Positions 1 to 9,690 of a stretch of 64,000 bases of DNA are shown here, piece after piece; the first letter of the stretch is position 1, and every line of letters starts with the position of its first letter. The notes beneath the pieces were generated by a model that saw only the letters and a program-made list of their open reading frames with translations, searched no databases and was not told where the DNA came from. A program made the position numbers and the translations under genes. The stretch lies in sequence record OP557969.1; one strand, written 5' to 3'.

Positions 1-676
1 CTTCAACACCAACAGATGTAATGTCAGGGTTAACCACTTCAAATGTCATTGATTCACCATTAACAGTTGCAACAAATGGTATACTTGGAGCACTCATAGG
101 AATAGTATTCATTCGATAAAGCTGACGTGACACCCCATTGACATCAATACGTTTAACTGGATTACCGAACTGATTAGTACTAACAAATGAACTATTCATA
201 ACAAGAATAAAGTTTTCATACCAATTCGCATCCATTGGGTCGTTCCAACGAATAATTTTATCTTTTAATGATTCATTAAAACTATTACGAACATCTTGGT
301 TTGTTTTAATTTCTGTTAATTTTGCTACTGCACGACCTGGATATGAGCGACGTGGTGTATACGAAATCATTTTGGCTAATTTTAGAACCGATGCACGGCG
401 TGTAGCAGTATCTAAGAAGTTTTCACGCGTGTTCAAATCCATACGAAATGCCAAGTTCTGACCCAGCATTGAAATGGTATCAAGAATAAAAATAAACTGA
501 TCGTTTTCAATCCAGTCATTAAATGAATCAGGATACGTTTGACGCAAATAATCAATCATACTCTGGCGAATAGTATCAAAGTCAAATGCCGTGAGATTGA
601 TTTTATAAAAACTTTCATATACTTGTGTCCAATCTTCACCACTATATAAATTTGATTGCCTTTTTTGTTGTGACAT
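1..676 (-). CDS. Baseplate wedge subunit, T4 gp6-like (N-terminal part; runs off the window start)
   Basis: Not in ORF track. Reading the reverse strand from ATG at 676 (RBS AAGGA upstream) gives MSQQKRQSNLYSGEDW...AFDFDTIRQSMIDYLRQTYPDSFNDWIENDQFIFILDTISMLGQNLAFRMDLNTRENFLDTATRRASVLKLAKMISYTP, the typical gp6 N-terminus. Confidence 0.85.
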   Translation of the reverse strand, partial: MSQQKRQSNLYSGEDWTQVYESFYKINLTAFDFDTIRQSMIDYLRQTYPDSFNDWIENDQFIFILDTISMLGQNLAFRMDLNTRENFLDTATRRASVLKLAKMISYTPRRSYPGRAVAKLTEIKTNQDVRNSFNESLKDKIIRWNDPMDANWYENFILVMNSSFVSTNQFGNPVKRIDVNGVSRQLYRMNTIPMSAPSIPFVATVNGESMTFEVVNPDITSVGVE

Positions 677-747
677 AATTTATTCCTTTAAATCAGTAAA
701 GTACTAGTTCAGTACTGGGAATTATATAGAAATATTTATTCAAAAAG

Positions 748-772
748 AAAAGCACCCCGAAGAGTGCTTTTT
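748..772 (-). terminator. Intrinsic terminator between gp25 and gp6
   Basis: AAAAGCAC-cccgaaga-GTGCTTTT stem-loop flanked by A/T runs. Confidence 0.6.
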
Positions 773-778
773 TAATAT

Positions 779-1174
779 CTACAAAGACGATACTGAATAT
801 GTTGCCATTCTATTATTACTTCTTGCATCAAATACAATAGAAAGTTCCTCTACAGTATTCAATACTACATAATGCAATACTATGTTCATTTGATATCCAT
901 ATTCTATCCTTGAAATTTGTATTTTTTTAAGATTCAAACGTGGATCTAAAGAAATAATCCTTCTGGCATCTGCTTCCAAAAGGTTCATAGTATTATAACC
1001 TTCCAATTCAAACAACAAATCCCATGCAATAAAACCATAGTCTGCATCAAATGCCCTTTCGCCTTTTTTTGTATTGAAATGGTTCATTAAATCCTGACGA
1101 ACCAGTTCAGTATCGTACAATGTTTCCGTTCTACCCACAACTGGTGTGGAGAAACCTTTAAAAACAACTGCCAT
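779..1174 (-). CDS. gp25: Baseplate wedge protein, gp25/GpW family
   Basis: 131 aa; DTELVRQDLMNHFNTKKGERAFDADYG...EADARRIISLDPRL matches the gp25 signature; baseplate context. Confidence 0.85.
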   Translation of the reverse strand: MAVVFKGFSTPVVGRTETLYDTELVRQDLMNHFNTKKGERAFDADYGFIAWDLLFELEGYNTMNLLEADARRIISLDPRLNLKKIQISRIEYGYQMNIVLHYVVLNTVEELSIVFDARSNNRMATYSVSSL

Positions 1175-1187
1175 TGTCTATTTCCTT

Positions 1188-1676
1188 TTATACGGATTCG
1201 ACGATTCGTGCCATCTTTTCCGCTCTAGAAGTGGTTTGTTTATACCAGGTACTATCACGCAATTCTTTACCAGCAGTTTTATAATCAGCATTACCCAATG
1301 CGGTCATTGCTTTTTTAAATTTCAAAACTTTGGCTTTGCCCATTTGGAACACCATCATCCACAAAACACGCTGTACTTGTACTGGTGCAGTCATGCCAAA
1401 TTGCTCATAAATTGATTTTGCGTCATTGTACGCGGCCTGAGCATCTTTAATAAGAAGTTGTTCAGCTTGTTCTTCAGTTAAGCCATTTTTGAAGTTTTCA
1501 CCAGGAAGAACTAAATGACCATAACCAATAGTATCAAGTCCCAAGCTATCTTTATATACCCAAAACTTATCATTTTTAAAATAACCAAGTTTTTTCTGAT
1601 AAGCAATAGTTCCTTCAAATTCTTTGATTTCATTAAAAAATTGCTCATCTGTATTTTTAATTTCCCATTTACTCAT
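1188..1676 (-). CDS. Stand-alone T4-type lysozyme (GH24), probable endolysin
   Basis: E...YKDSLGLDTIGYGHL carries the E-D-T triad; MVFQMG and STWYKQTTSRA motifs; exact TATAAATA late promoter upstream. Confidence 0.9.
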   Translation of the reverse strand: MSKWEIKNTDEQFFNEIKEFEGTIAYQKKLGYFKNDKFWVYKDSLGLDTIGYGHLVLPGENFKNGLTEEQAEQLLIKDAQAAYNDAKSIYEQFGMTAPVQVQRVLWMMVFQMGKAKVLKFKKAMTALGNADYKTAGKELRDSTWYKQTTSRAEKMARIVESV

Positions 1677-1692
1677 AAAGACATCCTTATAT

Positions 1693-1700
1693 TATTTATA
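1693..1700 (-). promoter_or_regulatory. T4-type late promoter TATAAATA
   Basis: Exact reverse-strand TATAAATA 17 nt upstream of the lysozyme start; window encodes gp55. Confidence 0.7.
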
Positions 1701-1712
1701 GTACTAAAATAT

Positions 1713-4376
1713 TTATTGACATGCCTCTAAACGACGAGCCATTAATTCAGCACGGCGTGTTGTTTGACGATACCAAGCCGAATTTCGTATTTGAGCAGCA
1801 GCTTGTTTATAGTTTCCTTTGGCTAATTCAGACAACATGGTCTTAAATTTAAGGACACCCCCTTTACCCATCTGGAATACCATTTGACATAGAACTTGTT
1901 GTGCCATGTAAGGAGTTTTCATGTTATATGATGCATAAATTGCCTTAGCATCATAAATTGCTTTACTACTGTCTCTAACAAGCATATCATTGGCTTCTTG
2001 TTCAGTTATACCTGACGAAAAGTTCTCACCGCTAACAATTAAGTGACCGTATCCAATAGTAGGGAATCCACGACTATCTAAGTAACGCCAGAATTTACCA
2101 TTACGGTAATATCCTTTTGCTTGTTGATATTGTATTGTACCCTCATATTCTTTTAATTCCGAAATAAACTGAGCATCACCTGGGACGATTTTCCAATCTA
2201 TTGCTGTTTTATCTACGTTACCAACATTATATGTAGGTTGTTCAACTGGCGTTGATGATACACTTCTACGTTGTGTTCTTCTTTTGCGTGGTACATGTCG
2301 TGAACCACGCTGAGAATAACCAGTCCCAATTGTTTTAATTTTAGTAGTTACTACTAATTCATCACTATCTACTGACGGTTGCACAACTGCTTGCGGTGAC
2401 GATTGATTAGTTGCTTTTCCAGCAATCAAAGTTTTATTAGCTGCATCTGCTCCAATTCCAGTTTGTGATGCATAGAACAATCCCGGATCAACTGAACCAC
2501 TAAACCCAAGTACATTTGCAGACGTTACACGTATTTCAAATTGAATAACACCTTTAGCTTTACCTATAACTTGTCCTTTTTGAACAACATCTTTATTCAA
2601 TAAATCAGTTTGAATATTATAAAATATAGATTTATATCCAGATTTGTGTTGTATTAAAATACCACCATTAGTGATTGCAACAACACCACCATCTGGTGCA
2701 ACAACATCACCTTTGCATTGTATTTCCCATCCAGAACGATCTGCTTTTCCACCGTTTTGTGTTGGAATACCTTTCCCCCAGTAACCATATTGGCGAATTG
2801 TCCCACTACATGGCATATACATATGTAAACCTTCATATGTGATACTATATCCAGTCATTCCAGCATCAGATACCATCAAATCTTGTGTTTGTACTTGTTC
2901 TGTTTCAGGTGTATAGTTAATAAACTGTATAGCTTCAGTTTCTTGAGCTTCTGGAATTTCTGGCGTAACATCATTAGCAGGTTGTGGCTGTACTGGTGAT
3001 TCACTTGAAATCTTCCCACCGCCTTGTCTCGGTGGTTCAACAGTGCTACCATGTTTTTCTGCATTAACCCAAGCAGAAATGTCATGAATGTGTTCATTTA
3101 GACCCGTAGATGGTGTTTTAAAGTTAGGAGCAGTAAATTCAGCAGTCCCGCTGTTTCCTCCACTGTTAACAGTCAATGTTTGACCACCACCGCTAATTAT
3201 TGCTGATGATGAACCAATTAAATTTGCGGAAGTAGAAGCAGATATAGATGCATTTGAACCTGCGGTAATATCAGTACTACTACCACTTTGCATACGCAAT
3301 GATGCAGCAGTAACTAATCGGAGATCTGCACCAGAATTAACAACAACCTGACCACCAACTTTTGCATCAAGTGCACCAATTAAATCCAACTTAGTATTTG
3401 CACCAACACGTGCATTGAAATCTTGACCAGATTCAATATTATATGAACGACCAGCAATCATATTAATATCCTGACCAGCACGAATATTGATATTCTTATC
3501 ACAATGCATATCAATATCACCTTCACCTGTAAATTTTATGCGTGCTGTTCCGTCACGGTTAATTAACAGAACGTCGCCTGTTGCTTCTGACAGTAATAGC
3601 TGTGCACCACTGCGAGTTTTTATAACAACTCCTTCATTTTTACGGGAACCAACACGTGTATCGTTTACTGGGTTATTAAATTGTGTATCCTGATAACCAT
3701 CTGGATCTTGATCCCATGTAGGTGCGGTTAATTCCTCTTCAGTATATCCATCATCGATAATAAAACTATTTCCACGTGGTGACGACATACCATATACAGT
3801 ACTGGTTGTCTGGCGGGTGCTACTGCGATTAGCAAGACCTGCTTCTTCATCATATAAAAGGTTTTGTTTTTTCAAACCAGCAATGATTGGAACGTTTGCA
3901 TACTTATCTTGCATGTCTGTTGTGATTGTGTTACGATCATAATCAGTAACAGGGATAGGCATATCCGTTCCGCTATAACTACTAACTTCAGTTGCCATGC
4001 CTGGAACCATAGTATTCATGCGATGGTCATATACACAACCAATCCAATATGCCTGAAATGTACGTGCCTGTGCGAAAATCACAATAACAGTGCACCCAAC
4101 ATCAGGCGGTACAGCCCAGAATCCATAGCCTTTGGGATATTGACCATATGCATCGGCACTTGGAATACCTGGTGTTTTGCCAGCAAATGGTGACATATAT
4201 GATGCTTCAATCCATGATTCTTTGGAATTTTTATCACTTTGTGAACCTTGTATCCAAACTTTCAATTTTCCTGATTTAGTTGGATCTCTATTATCCATAA
4301 CCGTTGCTAACTGTGGGTAAGATGGGTCAAAACGACCCAACTGTTGTTGTGCATACTTTTTACTTGTATCTGCCAT
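1713..4376 (-). CDS. Baseplate central spike/tail lysozyme, gp5-like (OB-fold, beta-helix, M23-like domain, C-terminal lysozyme)
   Basis: N-terminal DPTKSGKLKVWI...GYGFWAVPPDVG (gp5/VgrG OB-fold); Gly/Ser/Ala beta-helix repeats; HIH tip motif; C-terminal YLDSRGFPTIGYGHL lysozyme. Confidence 0.85.
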   Translation of the reverse strand: MADTSKKYAQQQLGRFDPSYPQLATVMDNRDPTKSGKLKVWIQGSQSDKNSKESWIEASYMSPFAGKTPGIPSADAYGQYPKGYGFWAVPPDVGCTVIVIFAQARTFQAYWIGCVYDHRMNTMVPGMATEVSSYSGTDMPIPVTDYDRNTITTDMQDKYANVPIIAGLKKQNLLYDEEAGLANRSSTRQTTSTVYGMSSPRGNSFIIDDGYTEEELTAPTWDQDPDGYQDTQFNNPVNDTRVGSRKNEGVVIKTRSGAQLLLSEATGDVLLINRDGTARIKFTGEGDIDMHCDKNINIRAGQDINMIAGRSYNIESGQDFNARVGANTKLDLIGALDAKVGGQVVVNSGADLRLVTAASLRMQSGSSTDITAGSNASISASTSANLIGSSSAIISGGGQTLTVNSGGNSGTAEFTAPNFKTPSTGLNEHIHDISAWVNAEKHGSTVEPPRQGGGKISSESPVQPQPANDVTPEIPEAQETEAIQFINYTPETEQVQTQDLMVSDAGMTGYSITYEGLHMYMPCSGTIRQYGYWGKGIPTQNGGKADRSGWEIQCKGDVVAPDGGVVAITNGGILIQHKSGYKSIFYNIQTDLLNKDVVQKGQVIGKAKGVIQFEIRVTSANVLGFSGSVDPGLFYASQTGIGADAANKTLIAGKATNQSSPQAVVQPSVDSDELVVTTKIKTIGTGYSQRGSRHVPRKRRTQRRSVSSTPVEQPTYNVGNVDKTAIDWKIVPGDAQFISELKEYEGTIQYQQAKGYYRNGKFWRYLDSRGFPTIGYGHLIVSGENFSSGITEQEANDMLVRDSSKAIYDAKAIYASYNMKTPYMAQQVLCQMVFQMGKGGVLKFKTMLSELAKGNYKQAAAQIRNSAWYRQTTRRAELMARRLEACQ

Positions 4377-4386
4377 ATTTTATTCC

Positions 4387-6636
4387 TTAATCAACTATAC
4401 TATCTTGACGTTTAAGTGCACGGATTACAATTGCAGCTTGAATTTGTTGTGTGAAAGAACCACCTGCCCCAAAGTCATGTACAATTTTATTAACACGATA
4501 AATGGTTTGATTAAACGTAGTTGGTGTATTAATATCCAATACACCCGTGTTATCATTAATTGATACTACTGGTTGTAATTTAAGTAAAAGGTATGCTTCC
4601 GATGTTATATAGTTTGCTACATGATAATCATCTGGATTAATTTCCATATCTTCCCCATTAATTACTTGCTCTAGATATTGTAAGTACGAATAATCACTCC
4701 ATCCAAGCCAATATGGGTCACCAACAACTCGCATATCAAGTTTACACAAAAAAGGTCTATTATAATAGTTGTCACGTATTTTACGTCTATCCATTTCATA
4801 TGTACTACTGTTATCGTTTAATGAAGCAGATAGTGTGGTTTCGTTGTTAGTTGCTTCAGTTGGCATAGTGAATATTTGACCATATCGATGACCAACGCCG
4901 TCAGTACCTTCATCAGTTTCTTCATATGTGGAGACATAATCTTCAATATATTGTGGTAATACATTTACTTGATAATTATTATAACGATCCTGCTCTTCTG
5001 CATTTCCAACCTGCATTTGGTTTTTAGCTAATGTGTCAATATCATTTAATAAATCTTGCTGATCTTTGGTTAGCATACCACCCATATCACGTGTAACACG
5101 CAAATCGCTTGTTTTCGCCCATGCATCTGGTATACTATTATATTGTACACCTTGTATATTCAATTCTTGTGAGTTATGTGTACCTGAATGGTTTGCTACG
5201 TCTTGTATTGGACCAGGGTTGCGAGTAGTAGCTACAAAAAATTGCTGGTCAAATTTCAAATCCAAATCAAGTATCTCACTATTAAGTCCACTAAACTGAT
5301 AATTATAAGTTTTCATGTTTATTTTAGGTTTTTGATCAATAGGATCTACGTATTTTTCTGCGTTCTCAAAAAAGTACTCAAATGTGAAATTTTCTGGTTT
5401 CAAGTCAGATTCATGTACAATGTCACCTATTTTAAATTTAACTATGTAAAAAATTACTTTATAAACAGATGTATTACGATAATTATCAAAACCTATATAT
5501 TGTTTTATTGGTATAATATTAACAAATTGTCTTACACTAGTACTCTCATCCGCTTGTACAGTACAAGTGTCGATAACATCATCAATAATTCTTGATATTG
5601 GTGTGCTTGGGTTCCATGAAAAGTTTTTAGAACCTTGTGTTCCACTTTTAGTCGTTCCTGCTTCTGCCATTTGTTTTGAATCATAGTTGATAAAAAGATC
5701 TTGTAAATCAGGAGCTACTTTAAATTCAAAAAATTTACCATCGGATAATTCACCAAATTTATATCTTAGATAGCCATATTGTTGATCTGCCATTTGATTT
5801 AATTTATCTTCTAAATCAAAACAGAAATCACCAAAGTTTTCAGCCGTACAGTTAAATGGTTCTTTTAATGTCCATTCCATGTTGTCAACTAATGCTGCTC
5901 TATTATGAACTAAACTCATAGTATATAGCATAGTACTACCACTTTGTGATGCACTTGCTGTAATACTATTAATTTTTACAGACCATCTTCTCGTGGTTTC
6001 TGGTATAATCTCAGGTATTCCATTCTTATTAAAACCAACAAACTTTAACTCTAAGATTAAAGGTAAGTCCATGAATTTATGAAATCTAAGTTTGTTACTT
6101 AAAGATACTAATTCGTCATATAGACTCATACTGTTATTCTCAGACATATTAAGAACTGCGGTATTAAAACAATAATTCGTTGTCATTCCTGGTGTGGATG
6201 GTCCTGCTTGTGTCATTTGAACACTTGTTATATTATATTTTCCACTAACGCCACTTTCTGATATAACATAGCGTTGTACCTCTGCATCAGGGTAAAGCCA
6301 AAAGTTTTTGAAATCATCTTTATCTAAAGCAAACAGACAAAAATGCCAAGTTGGGTTGTCATATTTTAATAACTTATTCTCATATGGTATTACAAACTGA
6401 CTTAAATCCAAATCTTCATAAACTTGGTCCATTCCGGCACTTTGTGATGGTAATGACTCAACATTACTAACGTTTGCTTTATAATTATTTTTCGTGATAG
6501 TTTTTACATCATTTTGTAATGTATTGGCGGTGGCTTTCAAATTATCAAGTGAATTATTTGCAGTTGTTTTTGTCTTACCAGTGATATTTGAAATATCATT
6601 TTGAAAATTATCAACTGTACTTCGTAAATCTGCCAT
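4387..6636 (-). CDS. Baseplate hub/virion structural protein (possibly gp27-like)
   Basis: 749 aa immediately upstream of gp5-like gene; C-terminal LDMRVVGDPYW...YRVNKIVHDFGAGGSFTQ resembles hub/late-control-D C-termini. Confidence 0.55.
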   Translation of the reverse strand: MADLRSTVDNFQNDISNITGKTKTTANNSLDNLKATANTLQNDVKTITKNNYKANVSNVESLPSQSAGMDQVYEDLDLSQFVIPYENKLLKYDNPTWHFCLFALDKDDFKNFWLYPDAEVQRYVISESGVSGKYNITSVQMTQAGPSTPGMTTNYCFNTAVLNMSENNSMSLYDELVSLSNKLRFHKFMDLPLILELKFVGFNKNGIPEIIPETTRRWSVKINSITASASQSGSTMLYTMSLVHNRAALVDNMEWTLKEPFNCTAENFGDFCFDLEDKLNQMADQQYGYLRYKFGELSDGKFFEFKVAPDLQDLFINYDSKQMAEAGTTKSGTQGSKNFSWNPSTPISRIIDDVIDTCTVQADESTSVRQFVNIIPIKQYIGFDNYRNTSVYKVIFYIVKFKIGDIVHESDLKPENFTFEYFFENAEKYVDPIDQKPKINMKTYNYQFSGLNSEILDLDLKFDQQFFVATTRNPGPIQDVANHSGTHNSQELNIQGVQYNSIPDAWAKTSDLRVTRDMGGMLTKDQQDLLNDIDTLAKNQMQVGNAEEQDRYNNYQVNVLPQYIEDYVSTYEETDEGTDGVGHRYGQIFTMPTEATNNETTLSASLNDNSSTYEMDRRKIRDNYYNRPFLCKLDMRVVGDPYWLGWSDYSYLQYLEQVINGEDMEINPDDYHVANYITSEAYLLLKLQPVVSINDNTGVLDINTPTTFNQTIYRVNKIVHDFGAGGSFTQQIQAAIVIRALKRQDSIVD

Positions 6637-6648
6637 GTGTTACTCCAT

Positions 6649-6963
6649 TTAGCCTATATTTCGAGTACCATTAAGATAGTTTTGTACTCTTTGATTTGCT
6701 GGTATTCTAATTGTTACCCCACTTTTAAAATTATATATTGGGTCTTCTCCTAATATGTCTGGATTTAATAATGCAAAGATATAATATAATCGTTCATTTC
6801 CGTACATTTCGTATGCCAAACGCCATGGTTGGTATTCATATTTCAATGGTATCTCATAAAAATCATCAGTATCAGCCGGAATGATATCACGTGGTAAATT
6901 ATACCCAAGATACCATGTTTGTTTCACCTTAGCATAAGGTGAGTATTGACTATAGTTGGACAT
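6649..6963 (-). CDS. Baseplate wedge protein, gp53-like (LysM-like)
   Basis: YEIPLKYEYQPWRLAYEMYGNERLYYIFALLN...GVTIRIP pattern typical of gp53 family. Confidence 0.75.
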   Translation of the reverse strand: MSNYSQYSPYAKVKQTWYLGYNLPRDIIPADTDDFYEIPLKYEYQPWRLAYEMYGNERLYYIFALLNPDILGEDPIYNFKSGVTIRIPANQRVQNYLNGTRNIG

Positions 6964-7709
6964 TAAATAAATCCTCCGTTGCGTAATAGTTCACCTCGCT
7001 TAAAAGCATTTAGGTTGAAAGTTTTAGTCATATAATCGGAAGTGGGTTGTTCTTCAAGCTGTATCATAACCGATATTTTTTGTGGAACCCAAACCTCATC
7101 TTGTGGGTTCATATACCCAGTACTTCTAAGTTGTTCGAAGAATTTCCTACTATCCATATCGGATAAGTTAAATGTACTGTCACTACTATTCAAAGGAACT
7201 TGAATATAAGAAACATCATTTGGATATGTAAAATTATAAGATTTTAAAATAACAGGAATATCATTATATGTATATCTCCCATACCCACTTAAAAGTAAGA
7301 TTGGTGGTGGAGCACCTGCAATTGCAAGTTCTGGGTTATTCGCTGCCGCAGCTTGTCTACCAAAATCCATCAATGAAACTGAACGTATAAAATGGATACA
7401 TGCTAATGTGTACATAGCTTCTGCTGCGGTGTTAGCATAAAACTCACCCTGAATGGTGAAAACAGTATTAGATGTGTTCTTATAGTTGTTATAGTTACTG
7501 TTGGTATGTATCGGTGACTGTGTTTCATACTGAATTGACCTTTGTTCAGTAATTATTGGTGTTACAGTCCATACCAACCCATTAGTTGGACGCAGAAACG
7601 AAAGTAGTGTGGGTTCAGAACTATCTCCGAAATCTCCATATACATAGTTAGCACCTGCGGCTTTAGGTCGTAATCGAATTCTACGATCAATCATTTTTTG
7701 ATTCTCCAT
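6963..7709 (-). CDS. Baseplate/tail tube initiator protein (gp48/gp54-like)
   Basis: 248 aa; GAPPPILLLSGYG...IPVILKSYNFTYPNDVSY tube-fold-like motif; first gene of the late baseplate operon. Confidence 0.55.
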   Translation of the reverse strand: MENQKMIDRRIRLRPKAAGANYVYGDFGDSSEPTLLSFLRPTNGLVWTVTPIITEQRSIQYETQSPIHTNSNYNNYKNTSNTVFTIQGEFYANTAAEAMYTLACIHFIRSVSLMDFGRQAAAANNPELAIAGAPPPILLLSGYGRYTYNDIPVILKSYNFTYPNDVSYIQVPLNSSDSTFNLSDMDSRKFFEQLRSTGYMNPQDEVWVPQKISVMIQLEEQPTSDYMTKTFNLNAFKRGELLRNGGFI

Positions 7710-7728
7710 AATAAGGGAACATTTGATG

Positions 7729-7735
7729 TATTTAT
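7729..7735 (-). promoter_or_regulatory. Late promoter (cATAAATA) for the baseplate operon
   Basis: Reverse-strand ATAAATA 20 nt upstream of the 7709 start, back-to-back with the plus-strand promoter. Confidence 0.55.
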
Positions 7736-7738
7736 GGG

Positions 7739-7767
7739 TGGGACAAACTGGTTCTTAGTGCTATAAT
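7739..7767 (+). promoter_or_regulatory. Early/middle promoter TGGGACA-N16-TATAAT with extended -10
   Basis: TGGGACA 7739-7745, 16-nt spacer ending TGC, TATAAT 7762-7767; upstream of gp55. Confidence 0.7.
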
Positions 7768-7824
7768 AACATTGATGGTACAAGGATTGTACCTATTGGA
7801 TTAGAACATGGAGAGTGTAACACA

Positions 7825-8664
7825 ATGACAAGTAGACCAAAGCGTAAAAAGTATCTCAACAATGCAGATTTACTTCGTGAAATACAAAAAAGTAAGATTT
7901 CATACTGCTGGTTATTAGATAAATCATATAGTATGTATGATTATATTGTCTTTCATGAATCTGAAATCACGGCTGAGTTACTTGAAAAAGCTAAAGCAGC
8001 ACGAATTAAAAGACTCAACAATGAAATGCTTGAAAGTATTCGTGCAAAGGAAAACATGAGTGCAAAAAAAGCAAAGGAATATGCAGAAGAGAATAATTTA
8101 GTTATTACTGACGTTCCAATTGATGAAGTTGTTATTCGTGTTATTACTGATGAACACATTCCACCAGATACTAGAGTTAACTTTGAACCATTCAAGCATT
8201 ATATTGTGGATAATGAAGGTATCCTTTATGAAGTTTGTCGTTCTCACTGGAAAGGTGACCTAGAAACAGGTGAATTCTGCACTATTCACGGTAAAATTAC
8301 TAATGAATTGGGTAAAATGTTCATTAAACTTGCAGAGGAAATCTCACACAAATCTAATTATAGAAACTATACTTACTTAGATGAAATGATGGGCGATGCA
8401 AGAATTCAATTAGTTAAAAATGCACTACTCTTTAAAGAGAGTATTCTTTATAAAAAAGATAAACCAGCCGTACAATTAAATCCTTTCTCTTACTATACAT
8501 CGTTTGTTAACAATAGCTTTCGTTCTATTTTGAATAGTGAGAAAAATGTTCGAAATATACGTGATGATTTACTCGAAATGCATGGTTTTACACCATCACA
8601 CACACGTCAAATTGAAATTGAATTGAACATGATTGAAAGGAAAAATGAAGATGGCTCTATTTGA
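7825..8664 (+). CDS. gp55: Late-transcription sigma factor, gp55-like
   Basis: KKYLNN at N-terminus, ELGKMFIKLAEEISHKSNYRNYTYLDEMMGDA and NPFSYYTSFVNNSF match gp55 conserved blocks; precedes gp47/gp46 as in T4. Confidence 0.85.
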   Translation: MTSRPKRKKYLNNADLLREIQKSKISYCWLLDKSYSMYDYIVFHESEITAELLEKAKAARIKRLNNEMLESIRAKENMSAKKAKEYAEENNLVITDVPIDEVVIRVITDEHIPPDTRVNFEPFKHYIVDNEGILYEVCRSHWKGDLETGEFCTIHGKITNELGKMFIKLAEEISHKSNYRNYTYLDEMMGDARIQLVKNALLFKESILYKKDKPAVQLNPFSYYTSFVNNSFRSILNSEKNVRNIRDDLLEMHGFTPSHTRQIEIELNMIERKNEDGSI

Positions 8665-9682
8665 TAAAGCAATTACATTCACTGATATTCACTTGGGATT
8701 AAAGAATAACAGTAAACAACACAATGAAGATTGTTTAAACTTCATTAAATTTATGATAGATGAAGCAAAAAAGAATAATATCAAAGTTTGTGTTTTTATG
8801 GGAGATTATTTTCATAATAGAAGTAATATCAACATTCAAACACTAAACTATGGTTTACAGATTCTTCAACTACTGAATGACAATTTTAAAAAAGTATATT
8901 TTCTTGTTGGGAATCATGATATGTACCATAAGAACAAACGTGATATCACAAGTATCAATATGGCTCAAGTATATGAAAATATCGAGTTCATCAATGAAAT
9001 CACAACATTTGACGATTGTACATTCATTCCATTTATGATTGAAGATGAATATAAACTATTACCTCAACTAAAAAGTAAGTATGTTTTCGGTCACTTAGAA
9101 TTACCAGGGTACTTACTTAATAAGATGGTAGAAATGCCAGACCATGGGAAAGAAACCGATGGTTCTTTTAGTGGTTGTGAATATGTTTTTAGTGGGCATT
9201 TTCATAAAAGGCAAGCAAAAACAACATCTAAAGGAACTCGTGTTGTTTATACTGGTAATTGCTTCCCACATAATTTTTCCGATACGTGGGATGATGCAAG
9301 AGGTGTAATGATTCTCGAACACGATAAAGAACCAATTTTTAAATCGTGGGATAGTGCACCAAAATATCGAACATTCACACTTTCCGAATTATTGACTGAC
9401 CCCAGTTATTATCTTCAAGATAATACAATTTCTAAAGTTCAAATTGATATATCAATAACAACGGATGAGATTAGTTTTATTCGTGATACTTTTACTAAAC
9501 TATACAACATTAGAGAGTTTAATGTTGTAACAAGTAAACAAAATGTATCAGAATTAATTGAAGATGGTGTCAATTTTGAAAGTACTGAATCAGTTGATGA
9601 GATTGTTTTACAACAAATCATGGAAATTGATTCACCAATGTTTGATAAAAATCTTCTAATCCAAATTTACAGATCATTATAA
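8651..9682 (+). CDS. gp47: Recombination endonuclease subunit, gp47/Mre11/SbcD
   Basis: Phosphoesterase motifs TDIHLG, GDYFH, VGNHD, GHLE, SGHFH; start set at MALFDK (8651). Confidence 0.92.
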   Translation: MALFDKAITFTDIHLGLKNNSKQHNEDCLNFIKFMIDEAKKNNIKVCVFMGDYFHNRSNINIQTLNYGLQILQLLNDNFKKVYFLVGNHDMYHKNKRDITSINMAQVYENIEFINEITTFDDCTFIPFMIEDEYKLLPQLKSKYVFGHLELPGYLLNKMVEMPDHGKETDGSFSGCEYVFSGHFHKRQAKTTSKGTRVVYTGNCFPHNFSDTWDDARGVMILEHDKEPIFKSWDSAPKYRTFTLSELLTDPSYYLQDNTISKVQIDISITTDEISFIRDTFTKLYNIREFNVVTSKQNVSELIEDGVNFESTESVDEIVLQQIMEIDSPMFDKNLLIQIYRSL

Positions 9683-9690
9683 GGGACTAT

